64,000 bases of DNA from Octopus bimaculoides (lineage: Eukaryota), in assembly GCF_001194135.2 (NCBI RefSeq), contig NC_068984.1:90116329-90180328 (forward strand), given 5' to 3'. Within the stretch, counting starts at the first letter, position 1. Each line of letters starts with the position of its first letter. The translations under genes and the position numbers were made by a program. This document shows positions 1 through 14,316 of this stretch, piece after piece. Under the pieces are notes generated by a model, which saw only the letters and a program-made list of their open reading frames with translations, ran no database searches and was not told where the DNA came from.

Positions 1-693
1 TTGAGTGCTACGGCTAAGTTGTGGTGAGTGCTCATTAAAGAGTTTAACCAAAAAATTGGAATTTTATCCATACCTGTGGATTTCCATTTCTTCGACATCT
101 CGAGCGCCGCTTTCACTTCTTCAGTTATTATATCCTGCCATTCTTGATATTTGAGGTGGGCATTAGCCTCTTCTATGTCCCTAACCCAAAATGCATTCTG
201 ATTAAACTCCTTTGGATTACTCCAAATGTTTTTTTCTAAAAATCTTCAGTTTGCTGTTGGAGAGGAGGTGTTTTTTACAATAATGGTATTTTTCTCCAAT
301 TCCCTATAGAGTTTTTTTGTGTTCTCTTTTAATAGTATGTTTTGTCTATGGAGTGCTGAGCGTTTTTTGTATTTTGCCAGTCGTTTGGTTTTTAATTATA
401 GTTTTTGTTTAAGGATTTCAATCTGTGTATCCTTTGTTTTCTTGTAAAGGTCATGTTTAGCAATTATTCTTATTATTTTGTAGAGTTTATTAGTTTTCCC
501 TTTGTTTGCTTCAAGTAGAAAAGATATATCTGCTCTTAGTTGGATTATTCGTCAGTTTATTTTTGCCATCCATGCAGGCTGTTTGTGTACATTGCGCTTT
601 TTTTGTCTATCTCTAATTTCAATACCGCATTTCTGAGTTACAACATAAGCAGCTAAGTAAATGAGTTGAATAATCACTTCGAGGGCATTTTCT

Positions 694-694
<1 letters not shown>
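1..694 (-). mobile_element. R4/Dong-clade (RLE-type) non-LTR retrotransposon fragment, region upstream of and into the RT
   Basis: Minus-strand translation gives LIYLAAYVVT..QPAWM, then IWSNPKEFNQNAFWV and WQDIITEEVKAALEMSKKWKSTGMDKIPIFWL, matching R4/Dong pre-RT motifs (FWxxIW, WKxPGxDxIxNFW). Broken by stops; runs off the window edge. Confidence 0.7.
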
Positions 695-739
<45 letters not shown>

Positions 740-798
740 AATTATTGTTATCATCATCATCATCATCAACATCATCATCATCGTTGTTGTTGTTGTTG

Positions 799-878
<80 letters not shown>
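695..878. repeat. Compound trinucleotide microsatellite (TAC)n-(CAT)n-(GTT)n-(ATT)n
   Basis: Directly visible successive trinucleotide arrays. Confidence 0.98.
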
Positions 879-880
<2 letters not shown>

Positions 881-3749
881 CTGCGGGTGAGATATACTTT
901 GTTTAGAATTTGCTCCAGAAGAAAAGACTCGCACGTGGATAGTTTCCTAAAGTTTTCTGTTTACCATTGAAGAGGTTGACAAAAGAGAAAATTAAGGTTC
1001 GTGTTCTGTTTCTGGAAAAGTGTATTTTCCTTTCACGTACACAACATTGAAAACAGCCATGAATTTTTCACGCTAGGCCCACAGAAAAGTGACGATTCAC
1101 AAAATAATATATTTCACTTAGAGAAGCAAACAAAAGTCAGAATTATTCTTAACTATACCGAGTAGAAATTTTGTCATCAATGATATGCATGCACGTACAG
1201 CTTCGGATGTTATTATGAATATCGAAAGCCAGTTCTTCACAAATGTTCTTTCAAACAAAAAGCACCCCATGTGTTGCAATTTGCGGAAAGAGTAAATGTT
1301 TAGCAGCATTTTGTCTATCGGATTGGAACCAGTCTTTCACAATCATTCCCAGTGATTCGTGAGAGGGGAAAAGTAATGTTCTTATGCTTTTAACAAGGAC
1401 ATAGCAAGCTTCCTGTGTTATCGAAGCAAAGCAGATATTTCATGTGAAATAGCCTTCATTAGATATGAAGTCATTTGGCAATATTTATCTAATTTTTAAA
1501 ACAGAGAAGCAAGAAAAAGCACAAGCTCACACAGAACAGTATGCGATTCACCTGATCATAAACTGGTTCCGCAGTGTTTGAGAAGCAGAACCTGCCTTTT
1601 CCCGACTAGCACGATAGTACTCACAGTCTACTGGAATCTGAATGCATCTTTCTCGACATGTAAATCCCACAGCAACCGGATTAATGAATTAGTTAGAGTG
1701 CGGCTTACAAAGCCTATTGTAGTAATGGGTGAACGTTTTGAAAAGAGTGATTAGTACAGAAGCAATAGTTTTTAATATAGAAATAGTGATAGAGATAAAT
1801 AGATTCGAAACGGAACTAATTAGTGGTGATTAAGAAAGGTATTGCAACCGAGATGCTAGCAGAGAGAATAGCCCTTGACCATTTTTTCAATATGAAACAG
1901 GAAAGCTATAGTATTAGAAGTACAACACGTAACTATGAAAGGAATGCCGTTCGATAAATTCAGGTAGCATCAGTATGGCGTAGCAACAAAGCTACAATTC
2001 GGTGCTGGGTCAAGCGCGTTTTTCGATTCCAGTTAGAAATTGTGCAGCTTCCAGCGGTACTTTGTTCAACTGGGTCCAGATGTAGACCAGATTCTGCAGT
2101 CAACTTTAATACCTACACCTTCATAGAAAAACAAACTCATCTGTAAGATCTGTCTTTTCTTTTCTATGCGATACACATTTTTGTATTACGGAAATTAGTT
2201 TATAGTGATTCTCTTTTTTTTCACAAACCTCCAAAGAATTTCTAATTTATTGAAACAGTAGCTAATTACTGGAGTAGCAGTCTGTGTTCATACTATTTAT
2301 TGTTAATTTTATTCATTAATATCTGATATACCTACAGTATTACTTTTTTTTCATTTTTCTTTCACTTGCATTCACTACTTTGCTTATCACTTAGTATCTA
2401 TATATAATCTTCGCTGGCAAGACATCTAGAGCTTTGACTATCAATATGTTACGTGTTTTTGTTAAATTATCTTTTGTCAATTATACTTTGTAAATTCGTC
2501 TTATCTCCAAAGTCACATGTTAGTACTGGCATATTTGCAATCTTCTCGTCTTTATTACAGAGTCATTAGTTGTTTAATTTCCTCATAAAATCCCATAAAT
2601 CGTTTCCCTTTATTTGACTATATTTATCTCACATTTAAGGAAAACTTGCAGAAAAAATTGTGTACCAACAATGGCTACCTAAAAGCTGAAAGGACGATAT
2701 TCCCTATCAAATTCCACAAGATCGAGTGAAATTCACATTTCTCGAACATTTATTTCTCAATCTACCATCAACTTCGGCGACCTCTGTACTATGTCTGTGA
2801 CGAGAAATATCACTCACAACTACATTAACTGAAATATTAGAAGTACAAGATTTGAAGTGCCGTATAAGTAATCTATCATGGGAGCATAGTAAATTGTTAT
2901 TACTCACAGTTAATATTCTCTTTCCTACTGCCCTCTATGTGTTAGAATAGTTTATCCTTCCTAACTTTTTGAGGGGCTGGGAAAGAATATAGAAATTATT
3001 AGTTATTGCAAAGTATTAGGTGAAAAATTCGAATCCACCGGAAAATGATTTGTTTCACTCTTGGTCTCTTTTAAACTTCAATGTTCTCTTTTTTCTTGGA
3101 GTGGGTGGGTTTTATCATCTGTAGACACAAGTTTCGATGGAAATACATTTCTCGCTTTAAAATCTTCTGTAACTCTTGCCAATCCCGCTTTCTATTCAAT
3201 CATGAATTCGTATCCTAATGATATATGTTTATTTAATATAAACCATGAATTAAATTAACTGGAACATTTCGCTTGACAACGGCATTGCTGTTCTTCCTGA
3301 CTTGATAATTATCAAAATACATTCCGTTGTATATTTGTAGAAGTTTCTTAACTAATATGTAAATATTTTTCTGATGATTAAGTTACATTTTCTGTAATCA
3401 CATTAATATAAAAACATGAATATAAAATTCAATTTGTGCTTGTTTTTTCTTAAATTACTACAATCAATTATACAAGTACTGATATAAAATATTAAATATC
3501 AACTAATATGGACGTTTCTACTTTAATTTATTATAGAACGCAGAAAATATCCACGAAAATTCTCTTGAGGTCTATGTCTTTCCAGTATTTTTCAACATTT
3601 GCTAACCGTTGACGAATAATTACGAAGTTGATGCTTCAATGAGAGAAGTGTCAACTGCACAGAAAATTTACAATATAACATGAATAGAAGATATGATTAC
3701 CCTGGAAATAATTATCTTTGTCATCTTTTATCTTTTATTTTTACTTGTA

Positions 3750-3910
3750 TCAGACTGCGGCCATGTTGGGGCAACGCCTTAAAGACTCTACAATCGAATG
3801 AAATTACCCCTGTAATTTTTATGCCGGGTATGCCGAAAAGCTAAGTTTTGTGGAATTAAGCACACCAACATCGGTTGGCAAGCGGTGGAAGATGAAAGAC
3901 AAACACAGAC
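3750..3910 (+). mobile_element. SINE body/3' fragment (a related copy lies at about 52992-53145)
   Basis: actgcggccatgttggggcaacgccttaaag...gccgaaaagctaag...caagcggtgg...acaaacacagacac is shared with 52992-53145 (accgccttgaaggg...gaacagctaagtta...caagcggtggtggggaacaaacacagatac). Both end in CA-rich repeats. Confidence 0.55.
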
Positions 3911-4699
3911 ACAAAGAAACACATGCATATGTGCGTGCGTGTGTGCGTGTGTATGTGTGTGTGTGTGTATGTGTGTGTGTGGTGTGTTTGAGTTCATTAT
4001 ACAGTGTTTTGTTCTGATTCTTAAATGTGTAGTGTTTTGTTTATAATAAGAATTAGAATTAAATCTTTTACTGATATTGATGATAGCTGCATATTGTTGA
4101 AGCTGGCATGTCTTCATTGTCTAAATTTTATAAGTAACATAGGGGTGGACTAATGTGTTCTGAGGTTATGTTACTAATCAGAACAAAGAAAGGTTTGCTG
4201 AATTCGTAGTTGAATTATTTCTCCGATATTTCAGGTTGTATATAATAAAGTAAAGAAAGACATTGGGTGCTTAATATTTGTGTAATTTGAGATTTGGGAT
4301 GCGTTTTTGTTGCAGTTAAGATTAATTTGAATATTAAGTTAGCATTTCCTGTTTTTCATTTTGTTATATTTTTCCATTTGAATATGTTCTGGAGAAGTCG
4401 TTTTTATGTGTATAGGATTTAGAGTAGCAGTTTCCTACCTTTAGACGTTATTAATGTCTTTTCTGCACAATGCCGTTAGTATGTGAATTATTTTCAGTTT
4501 TGATGTTAATCGTTAGATTATCGAGCTGCTTCTTTTTCAATAACCACATTTCAACATTCACTCACCTATCCATCCCTGACCATTCCATTATTTCTAGTAC
4601 AACATCTACAGAACTACTTAACCTATTATCCAATGTGTCTTATTTTTAAGATAGTGGGGTATGGTTATTCTCCAACAACACAAGTGTAGCCCTACACCC

Positions 4700-5303
4700 T
4701 CTTCCCGTCATACTATCAGAGACTAGAGAGAGCATCAAACGACTCAACAGAGTCCAGGCACTGGTGAGGACAACATCTTTGCTAACATTCTTCAGGACGG
4801 TGAAGAGCTGATCATGACGGTGCTCACCAAGCTGTTCAACAGATGCTTCGATGAAGGCAAAGTCCCAAACAATTGAAAGAACGCAAAAGTGGTCTTTCTT
4901 TACAAGAAATGTGACAAAACGGACATAAGGAACTGCCGTCCAGTCAGTCACATGCCCATTAGCTACAAGGTGTTCGCTCATATTATGCTTAAAAGAATAA
5001 TCAGCAACTTGGATCTCTATTGACTAAAAGAACAAGATTGTTTTAGGACAGGATTCTCTATTATTCATCACATTCAGGTTGTCAGTCAACTGCAAAAGAA
5101 GGCGAATGGATACAACATCCTGCTCCGCTTTGCTTTTGCTGACTATGAGAAAGCTTTCGACTTCATAGAATTCACACCGCTCCTTACAGCACTGAAGCAC
5201 TGGACCCCACCTACATTGCAATACTGAAAGATCTTTACAGCAGTGCAACATCGACCCTCAGGCTACAACAAGACAGTGATAAGATGAAGCTGGAGATAGG
5301 AGC
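4700..5303 (+). mobile_element. RTE-clade LINE reverse-transcriptase fragment (decayed)
   Basis: Plus-strand translation: GEDNIFANILQDGEELIMTVLTKLFNRCFDEGKVPNN*KNAKVVFLYKKCDKTDIRNCRPVS..EQDCFRTGFS..FADYEKAFDFIE. These are RT domain 1-3 motifs with in-frame stops. Confidence 0.85.
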
Positions 5304-6034
5304 TTCTGTATAGTTTTCATTCTTCACAATGTATGCGAAAATATAATGCGCATGTGTTTTAGATATTCCCTCTTTAGAAAATTTCTCAGTATTCGTTAAT
5401 TTCCTTTCATTCCTGTTATATGGATTCAAGAATCCCACACGAAGTTTACAAGATAGGATGAACAATAATTCTATAATTAATGAGTCTTTAGGTATTCAGA
5501 CAAAACCGACAATAATTACAGAAAATATAATTAATTTAACAAATATCTCAATTGAATAATGAATTAATTTTAGAATACTATATATATATTCTTTTTGTAT
5601 TCAATACAAGACTAACTCCTACGGAATTACCAACATTTCCTAAGAAGGCTTGTTTCTTCTATCATTTTCAATTTCAACTTGTTTTCTTTGACGTTAGGTA
5701 TGTTAATTTATTTAGACCTAGAATATTTACATTTCTGTCTGTACTTCTCAAATATATATATGGTAGCCTTCTACCTTGTTTCACTTGTAAGATATATTTA
5801 GTTCGTCAGAGGTAATTTGTTTGATACTGGAGTATAAATGTTGTTGATTTTTATGTACAGATAACTATTTAAACTGAGTTCGAACATGAAGAATATCAAA
5901 AGTCTAAGTTAGCAATCATACAGAGCTATATACATATATATGTGCGTGTGCGTGTGTGTGTGTGTTTGTGTGTATGTGTTTGTGTGTATGTGTTTGTGTG
6001 TGCATAGATATCTATACATATATACACATATATA

Positions 6035-6085
<51 letters not shown>

Positions 6086-6164
6086 CTCTCCCTCTCTCTC
6101 GTGCTCTCCCTGTACATAGATATATATAGAGACACACACACACACACACGCACAGACAAACAGT

Positions 6165-6233
<69 letters not shown>

Positions 6234-6787
6234 GAATGAATAGATACAAACACGGTTATGTATTTTTCACTTTAATGAAATCTATAAGATTCAATAAAAA
6301 ATAAATTAAATGTCTGAATTCAGTTAATTCGAGATTTATAAAATTTGATTGGACATTACGTGCGGTATTACCAATCTTGGAACAGATAATGAGTGAATGA
6401 TAGTAGAAACACATTTTTCCCATCACAGCCGGTCATGAATTTCCAAAATTCTTAGCATGTCTATAACATACAATTTAATTAACAATAAAAACATATATTA
6501 TGCACATCTGTATGTATAAAACTTCTCAAAAACCTTATTCCAATGATATATATAATTTGCTTTAAATGAATATAATTTGCTCTAAATTTATATCTTAAAC
6601 ACCTAAATTTTTATATGTTCAAATGTAAGACAAACAAATAAGGCGGTTAATTGGCAAACATATCAGACTTCGAGATGTCAGCTACAACAGTTTTTACAGA
6701 CATTTTGGTTTTTAAATAGTCATTATTAACAGGAAACTTTAATACTAGAACATAAAAAATAAGCTATTGTTACTTCGTGTCTTTTTA

Positions 6788-7967
6788 CGAGGGTAGACTG
6801 AAAACTTCATAGGCTCACTATCAAAAAAGTGACGCTAGCGCTATATAATCTTTTCGTGCATTAATTTCAACTGTATTTATTAATAACTGTATTATTTCAT
6901 TGCAGGTAAACTGACATCTGACTGTTCAAAGAAGATCTCAAATGTAACTAATAGCGACTTTTCTCGAAAATCGACAAAATTTGATATCATCGGGTTATCA
7001 AGCAAAAGGGTTTAACACCCAAGAACATGGTTGACTTATCAAGGAATGATGCTCCATCTTTACCAACAGTACAAACGTGGGCACCTGAATTTAGGAGGGG
7101 AACAGAGAGTCTTGAAGACGATCCAACGTCTGGACGTCCTACAACTACCACCAATGAGGAAAACATTGATGATATTCACCACATGATGATGGAAAACAGA
7201 TGATTGATTATAAATCAAATAACCCATGAGAGAATTGAGAATATTCTGCACAGTGAACTTTGACTAAGGTTTCTACTTCGTAAATGACACGTCTTCTGAC
7301 ACAAAAGTGCCCCAGATTAATCGCACCACGGGAAAATCTGGCATTATTTGTGGCAGATCCAGCTGGTTTCCTTGATCATTTCCTAAACCAAAACGACTTC
7401 ATCTCTTTGAGCCAGAGACAAAGACACATTCTATGCATTGGAAACACCCTTCCTCATCTGAACTAAAGAAAGCCAAGGTCGTTTCATCTGCAGGGAAGCT
7501 GATGGTCTCAGATTTTTGAAATGCAAAAGCATTGTGTTTATTAACTATTTTCAAAATTGCCACACAATCAATGGAAAGTAAAGTACCAACTTGTTGAGGC
7601 AGTTATAAAAGATTTTGAAGACCAAATGTCCAAGAAAGTGAATAATGTTCTAGCACATAAGTCCTTGGTTTCAATGGTTGTTGTGCATTACTATAGATTT
7701 GAACTGGTTGATCACCCTCTCCATTCTCCTGATTTGGTCCCATTAGACAATCGACTGTTCTCCAAGTGATGATGACGTCATATCTTTGCTAAAGAATATT
7801 TTGAGCAACAGGATGAAAATTTCTTCATAAATGTGATCCAAGCTTTGCAACACTGATGGAAGAAGTGTGTGGATCGCAACGGGGTACTATGCTGAAAAAT
7901 AGACCTCATTTGGTTACATTCCATGAGAGTATTTTGTTCAGCCGATGAACTTTTCAGTCGACCCTCG
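6788..7967 (+). mobile_element. mariner DNA transposon, full-length outline, decayed transposase
   Basis: TIRs cgagggtagactgaaaacttcat (6788) and atgaacttttcagtcgaccctcg (to 7967), each flanked by TA. Internal DDPTSGRPTT (HTH linker), KVVSSAGKLMV and HPLHSPDLVPLD (YSPDLAP-like). Confidence 0.92.
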
Positions 7968-10696
7968 TAAAGAACAGTTGAATAAATAGAATAAAATGTC
8001 TTCAACAGAAATACAAATAACACCTCGGGTTCGACTCACCAGAGACTTCCACTAACTCTATGCCGTTCAACATGTACATAAATACAATCGTTATAGTATG
8101 CTTATCATTTATTGAAGATATTAGTCGTCTCTTCCATTGCTAAGCTTACGAAAAACATAAACGTTGTAAATTTTTCCTTTCCAGATATTGTCTGTATAAT
8201 TTAGGATAATATATGCATCTTGTAAAAAAGAGATATTGAATCATTTAATGTAGATACAGCCTCAAAGTTTTAGGGCCTCAGCATATGACTGGTTGTTTAT
8301 GAAAATTGATGTCAAAACAAAGGGGACTAACTAAATATAGCAGCGGCGCTCTACGTTTCTACTAATACTAACAATATAAAATAATGTATAAAAATTGAAA
8401 ATAATACATGAATAATATGTGAGGATTACTAAAACAAGAAAACAAGACTAAAATATTTCAAGCAAATACTCAAAACAGTTTATTACCAAATTAAATAGTT
8501 ACTTACAGTAATTTAGTATATATTGTATATATGAGAAAATTAACAGGTTTGATGAATGTTGAGTGATATAATAAATTCAGTAGTGTGTTGGTTACATACA
8601 ATATACACCATAACAATATATGTATTGTATGATTATGTTATTATTGAACAAAAAGCCAAAAAGTTAAAGGGACACATAAATGTAATACATACAGACGGTT
8701 GATGATCAGAAAAAAAATGAAAATAATATAAGGATTTCGCAAATAGGAAGAAAGTGATTTTAAAAAAGAACACGAATCCGGTATGGTAATTTGGGACACA
8801 ATATATCACCTGTTGCGTGATATGAACGCCTGCTCATTAAACTCAAAACATTATATTTAAGGAGGCAAAACATCCCTCTCTTGAATTCGGTTTGCCAAGG
8901 CCTCTGCAGCATTTACTACTGATAACAATGAGAGTTTGTCACTATATTGCTTTTTACCGTATATATTAATGGATTGTCTAAAATGAAATACATTCAGCGG
9001 GGAAATCATTTAATGAAACCATATCATACGTCGTTCATTTCAGAAATGCTGCAAATAATAACCTTTATACAAACCTCAAATTCATATGGAAAATGAGACA
9101 AAATGATAATAATTACTTCCTCGTGGAAATGAATCCAATGTTACGGACTCGATTTTATAATTAACTGTATTCAACTGGAATCCAAATCCGGTCTGGTGTC
9201 ATCATATTTCTGATACTTGTGCTCTCAGACACTCACCAGCAATTATGCGTAATATATGAGCTATCAATTATATTATAATTCAGAAAACAACAGCGATTTA
9301 TAATATTTAAAAAAAAACAATTTTGAACAATAAAGCCAATAATTTGAACAAATCTATTACGATATAAATTTGATTCCAGCATCCCACGACATGCACAGTA
9401 AAGCGTTTATGCACACGATATATACATTTCAATCTTATAATGATGTGTTTTATTCCAATTCAGGCACACGAATCTACGAAGCTATTTCATCAGCAGTTGT
9501 ATTTTTCTGTTAAATATTGACTTTAAAATATTATTTTCGCTGTGTTTTATTATGTCATTATTGTCACTAAAATGTTAAAAAATGCAAGTCGTTCTTAACT
9601 AGTCATCTTCTAGGTCTGATTTCGTCCATTTAGAAATATGCAAATTGCTTGATGGACTACACTTCAAGTATTTCAATAAATTACACGTTCTTTTCTTATT
9701 CAGGTCAGTTTTTTGGTGATGACATTTTGTAGCAAATTTCAGATAATAGTATTATGTAACAAATTTTTGTGACGAAATTACGTAACTAATTTAGAAAACA
9801 TTAAGTATTGCTATAGAAAGAAGAGTTGGCATTTTGCTTACTTACATTTCCCCGATTTTGAAAAAGGACGCAAATGCAGTGTCTTTATTTTCCTATCCAT
9901 CTCAACCTATACCGATTGCCTAACTTATCAAGAATGTCTATATTGATCAGAAGACATATTATAAAGCATAAATTTAATAAAAGTTATTCCATTTTTTTTT
10001 AACTATAAAGCACAGTAAAACACTCTTCTATCCGTTTTTCCCAATGTTCATTGATGGCGGTTAAATTGGTCTCAGATTTAATAAGTCATGGATATTATTA
10101 GTGAGCCCTGCGTGAAAATTCGCATGCGAAATTATCTTATGTTACAAATGTTTTAAACAATATTTTGCCGATGAAGACCGCTATTTATTTCCTTTTTAAT
10201 ATTTTAAATTTTGAACGAGAAGTATTGTCTAAATTTTCATTAGGAAAATTACAATTATCAAAAAAATTTATCATTTATTTACACAATACTTGATACTTAA
10301 TGATAATCACATTATGATAATAAAATTTATAGTTATAAGTGCGACAGTACCTGGACAGGATTCACACTCAATGTTTAGATATCCATATTCTCTAACATCT
10401 TATAATTTCATGAACAACATTATTTAACTTCAGACATTTACTCAAAAAGGCGTAACAATTACCACATAGATATAAATCATCCAAATTTAAATACCAATTA
10501 TCTGATGGAAATCCTGCCGATACTATATTTTTTACTTGAAGCCACTTGTTTTATTGTTAAATATAATTCAAACGTAAATAAAAAATGTAATCATAATACT
10601 CACACAAATAGATACATACATATATGTGTGTATATATATATATATNNNNNNNNNNNNNATAAAGTATATATATATATGTATGTATATACACATGTA

Positions 10697-10758
<62 letters not shown>

Positions 10759-10835
10759 CCTGTATGTATGTTTGTGTTTATATCTATGTATGTGTTTGCA
10801 TGTATAAAATACCGACAAAGAATGCAGGCATTGTT

Positions 10836-10920
10836 TTGTATCATTAATATACAAAAAAATCTTAAGATGCACCGATGTTGTATCATTAATATACAAAAAA
10901 TCTTAAGATGCACCGATGTT
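10836..10920. repeat. Local 42-bp tandem duplication
   Basis: ttgtatcattaatatacaaaaaa(a)tcttaagatgcaccgatg occurs twice head-to-tail. Confidence 0.95.
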
Positions 10921-11486
10921 GAAGAGTTTTCTAAAAGATGAGTACAGAAGCTTTTTTCCGTGTTTGCACTGTTAAGTGGACTCTAAACTAGAAGTCAATC
11001 TAGTAGTAATGTTATCAAGAGAAATTTTACTGCAAAAATACTGCTAATGGATCATTCCAGTTTTGAAGTTGACTACAATAACAATCTGGAAAGTTAGTAG
11101 AAAAAATTTTAGCAAGGAATCACAAACCTCGGCTGAAATATAAAGATCTTGTACTTGGCATGATGAACAAAACACCCTTGGATCTCCTGATTGTCATCTT
11201 GCATAAAATTATCGTGATATGAGAATGCATTCTGATTGATGACAGTTCATATATGACAGTAGATAAGCTCTTTCTATTATAGGAATTATATTCCCTTGAT
11301 ATTACTGGAAAATCATTAAAATCACTAAGTGTCATTTCAGGTTGAAATGAAGTGAGGTAGATGTTTGCAATGCCAAACATTTGATTAGACACTGGTGTTT
11401 GAAGAAGTTGAATATAATATATTTTGCTAATGTTCATGTAAAAAAGTTGTGTGGTGAGAAAAGTTCTTTTTGCATATATGTGTGTG

Positions 11487-11533
<47 letters not shown>

Positions 11534-11583
11534 ATGTGTGTGTGTGTGTGTGTATGTATATACAAACATATATAATCACATAA

Positions 11584-11663
<80 letters not shown>

Positions 11664-12436
11664 GTATTGGGAGCTTCAGCTTCTTTTCTTGTTACATTCA
11701 ACTTTCAGTTTCCGTTTTCCAGTGACTCAGAGTAAAGATGAATTATCTCACAGGGTTTGCATAAATTCTGCTACGTTCATTAAGTACATTTATCTCCAGT
11801 TCGTATTTCCTAGCGCATACGTTTAAGTGTCTATGTGTGTGACAGTATGTGCGCTTCCACATGTGTATGTGTATGCGTGCGTGAGTGTGATTTTGAAATA
11901 AATATATCTTTTTTTGATTGGTTCTTTATTGGTACATTAACAAAATTTTACGTTTAATGTTTCAATTTTATACTTTCAAGTTCATGTAATTTAATTTTAA
12001 ATACATTGAGAATAAATACAATCGTTTAAAAACATTTTCATTATGTGATTATTTAACCTAGACTATTTAATGAATCGATAAAATGAACAGATTTCCGCTC
12101 AAATATACTTACAATATCAAAACAGATTTCCAGTTCTGTCTTGAAATAAGTGAACAAGATTACGTTCAGCTTGTGTATCTCCATTCTTTACGTCTGTATT
12201 CGATTTCAGATTACTCTCTAGTGCTTTAATATCTGATTTAAGACAATGCACTAACAACTGTGTAAGTTTATTATTAAGCACAGAAATCAATATTTGAATG
12301 TGAATATATATATACATATATACATATATAAAAAGATGCATATATTTGTATGTGTGGGTGGGTACATGCGTACATCCATATATATGTACACCTGTTTTTG
12401 TATAATATATACATGCATACATATATNNNNNNNNNN

Positions 12437-12473
<37 letters not shown>

Positions 12474-12498
12474 CACACACACGCACACACAAGGTGCG

Positions 12499-13696
12499 CA
12501 GGGTATTTGAGAACATGATACTTTTGAGTTATTACTGTCTTTAACTTAACTTTATGTAATTCATGTTTCAGAAAATAATGGCATATACTCAGCTTTCTCA
12601 AGAGATGAAGCGGCACGCTGTAACTGAGGTCTTAAAGACTGAGCACAGAGATTTAGAAATAGCTCAGTTTTTTTAAAGTTGCCAAATCTTTCGTCTACAA
12701 AGTCCGTAAGGAGCTAGAAGCCTCAGATGAAAAGGTATCACCAGTATCGAAATGCAAAAAGAATTCCCAGTGCTCGGATACTCTCAGAGCACCCAATTGT
12801 ATTCGACAAGTTCATCAAATCATCCTATGAGGTCAATTGTAAAAGAACTCCACGTGTCAGAAAGGACAATCAAAAATGTTGTCCACGAAGGTATCTTACG
12901 TGATAAGAGAGGTCAATTCATGTTAGAAAAGAAAACAAAGGAAAATTGTTTGATGAGATCTAAAAGGCTATGAAACAAAGTTATAAACAAGCAGAAGAAC
13001 ATGACATGATTTGGTTTTTCTCAGATGAGAAAATCTTTGACCAGGACTGGAAGATTAATAGAGGAAAGATAAATGGCTATGTTCAGACCCTTCTGAAGTT
13101 CCAACAGTCATGCACGCAAAAGTTCCTGCAGCTGTCATGGCTTTTGAAGTTGTTAGTAATGAAGGACATGTGACGCTTCCTCAGTTTTTCCACAAAACCC
13201 TAGAGTTACCTCTGCTGGTTACAATGAGATCCTGGAAACAGTTGTCAAACCTTAGATATATAAAGTACGCATTTGAAAGTTGTACGTTTTCTCTGCATGA
13301 CTCTATGCCATCACATAAGACTCAAGCGAACGAAGAATAGATGACTGACAATTTTCATGATCACATCATCACTAACATTTGGCCTCCAGACTCACTAGAT
13401 CTCAGTCCATTGGACTACTATGAGAGAAAGTCAATTAACCTCTCCATAACACCCTGGAGAGTTTGAAAGCCGTCATAGTGAAAGTAATGCCCGATATGAA
13501 CCTGGACTATATAATTGGGCCACGCACACGATACAGATCTCGCTTAAAAACCGTTATTGGCTCTGAAGGTGGTTACAATAAATGAGATTATAAAGAAGAT
13601 AATCTAGTTTATATGTACACATTTTTCATTAATAAAGTTGTTCTTTTTTATTATATGTATGTTTTCTAAACAAATAAAAACAAATTTGTCCTCAAA
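12499..13696 (+). mobile_element. Tc1/mariner superfamily element, maT (DD37D)-like, decayed
   Basis: Fragments WFFSDEKIF, HAKVPAAVMAFEVVSNEGHV, HDSMPSHK and WPPDSLDLSPLDY. Left end cagggtatttgagaaca; right end tgtcctcaaa is a partial inverted match that runs into a CA repeat. Confidence 0.8.
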
Positions 13697-13708
13697 CACA
13701 CACACACT

Positions 13709-13827
<119 letters not shown>

Positions 13828-13836
13828 ATATATATA

Positions 13837-14060
13837 CAAAATTAGGGAATTAAGTAGAATAAAATCCAGGCTATCTATGTTTCATAGCTACCAGAACTTC
13901 GGCAGTAGTAATTATCTAAACGAGGGTAAACCGCTAGCTACTCGTCGGGCTACGAGTAGCTAGCAGATTACTCCTCGTTTGGATAATTACTACTTCTAAG
14001 GATCTGCTAGCTAACAAACATAAGTACCTTTGATTTTATTAACTCCATACCCTAATTTTG
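13837..14060. repeat. 224-bp foldback palindrome (MITE/hairpin-like)
   Basis: The arms are inverted copies: caaaattaggg...aataaaatc...agtagtaattatc.aaacgagg..gctagctactcgt, loop cgggct (13946-13951), then acgagtagctagc...gataattactact...gattttatt...ccctaattttg. Confidence 0.9.
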
Positions 14061-14275
14061 GACTTTTACTCGCATACACACCAACCCCTACTGCTAACCA
14101 TAAGCTATAAAACAATCTTTTTTCAGCTGATCGAACTTCGATACGAGAAAGTTTATAACGTTCTACGTCAATAAACCACTGTTGTTCTTGAAAGTTGCTT
14201 TATACTTTCTACGGGCTGGAAGCTTACTATATTCCTACACCTTGATCCTTGAATCTTATCTTTATATATCATATG

Positions 14276-14316
<41 letters not shown>

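Noticed and set aside
1500-2130. Possible very old mariner remnants (IVLTVYWN-like)
   Set aside because: The similarity is too weak and there are no TIRs.
8034-9236. Two consensus minus-strand donors (CTG|GTGAGT at 8039 and 9236)
   Set aside because: There is no open upstream exon or matching acceptor; such motifs occur by chance without transcript evidence.
10920-11410. Coding-like stretch within ORF 11120..11569
   Set aside because: No recognisable motif appears in any frame I translated, and other frames are closed.
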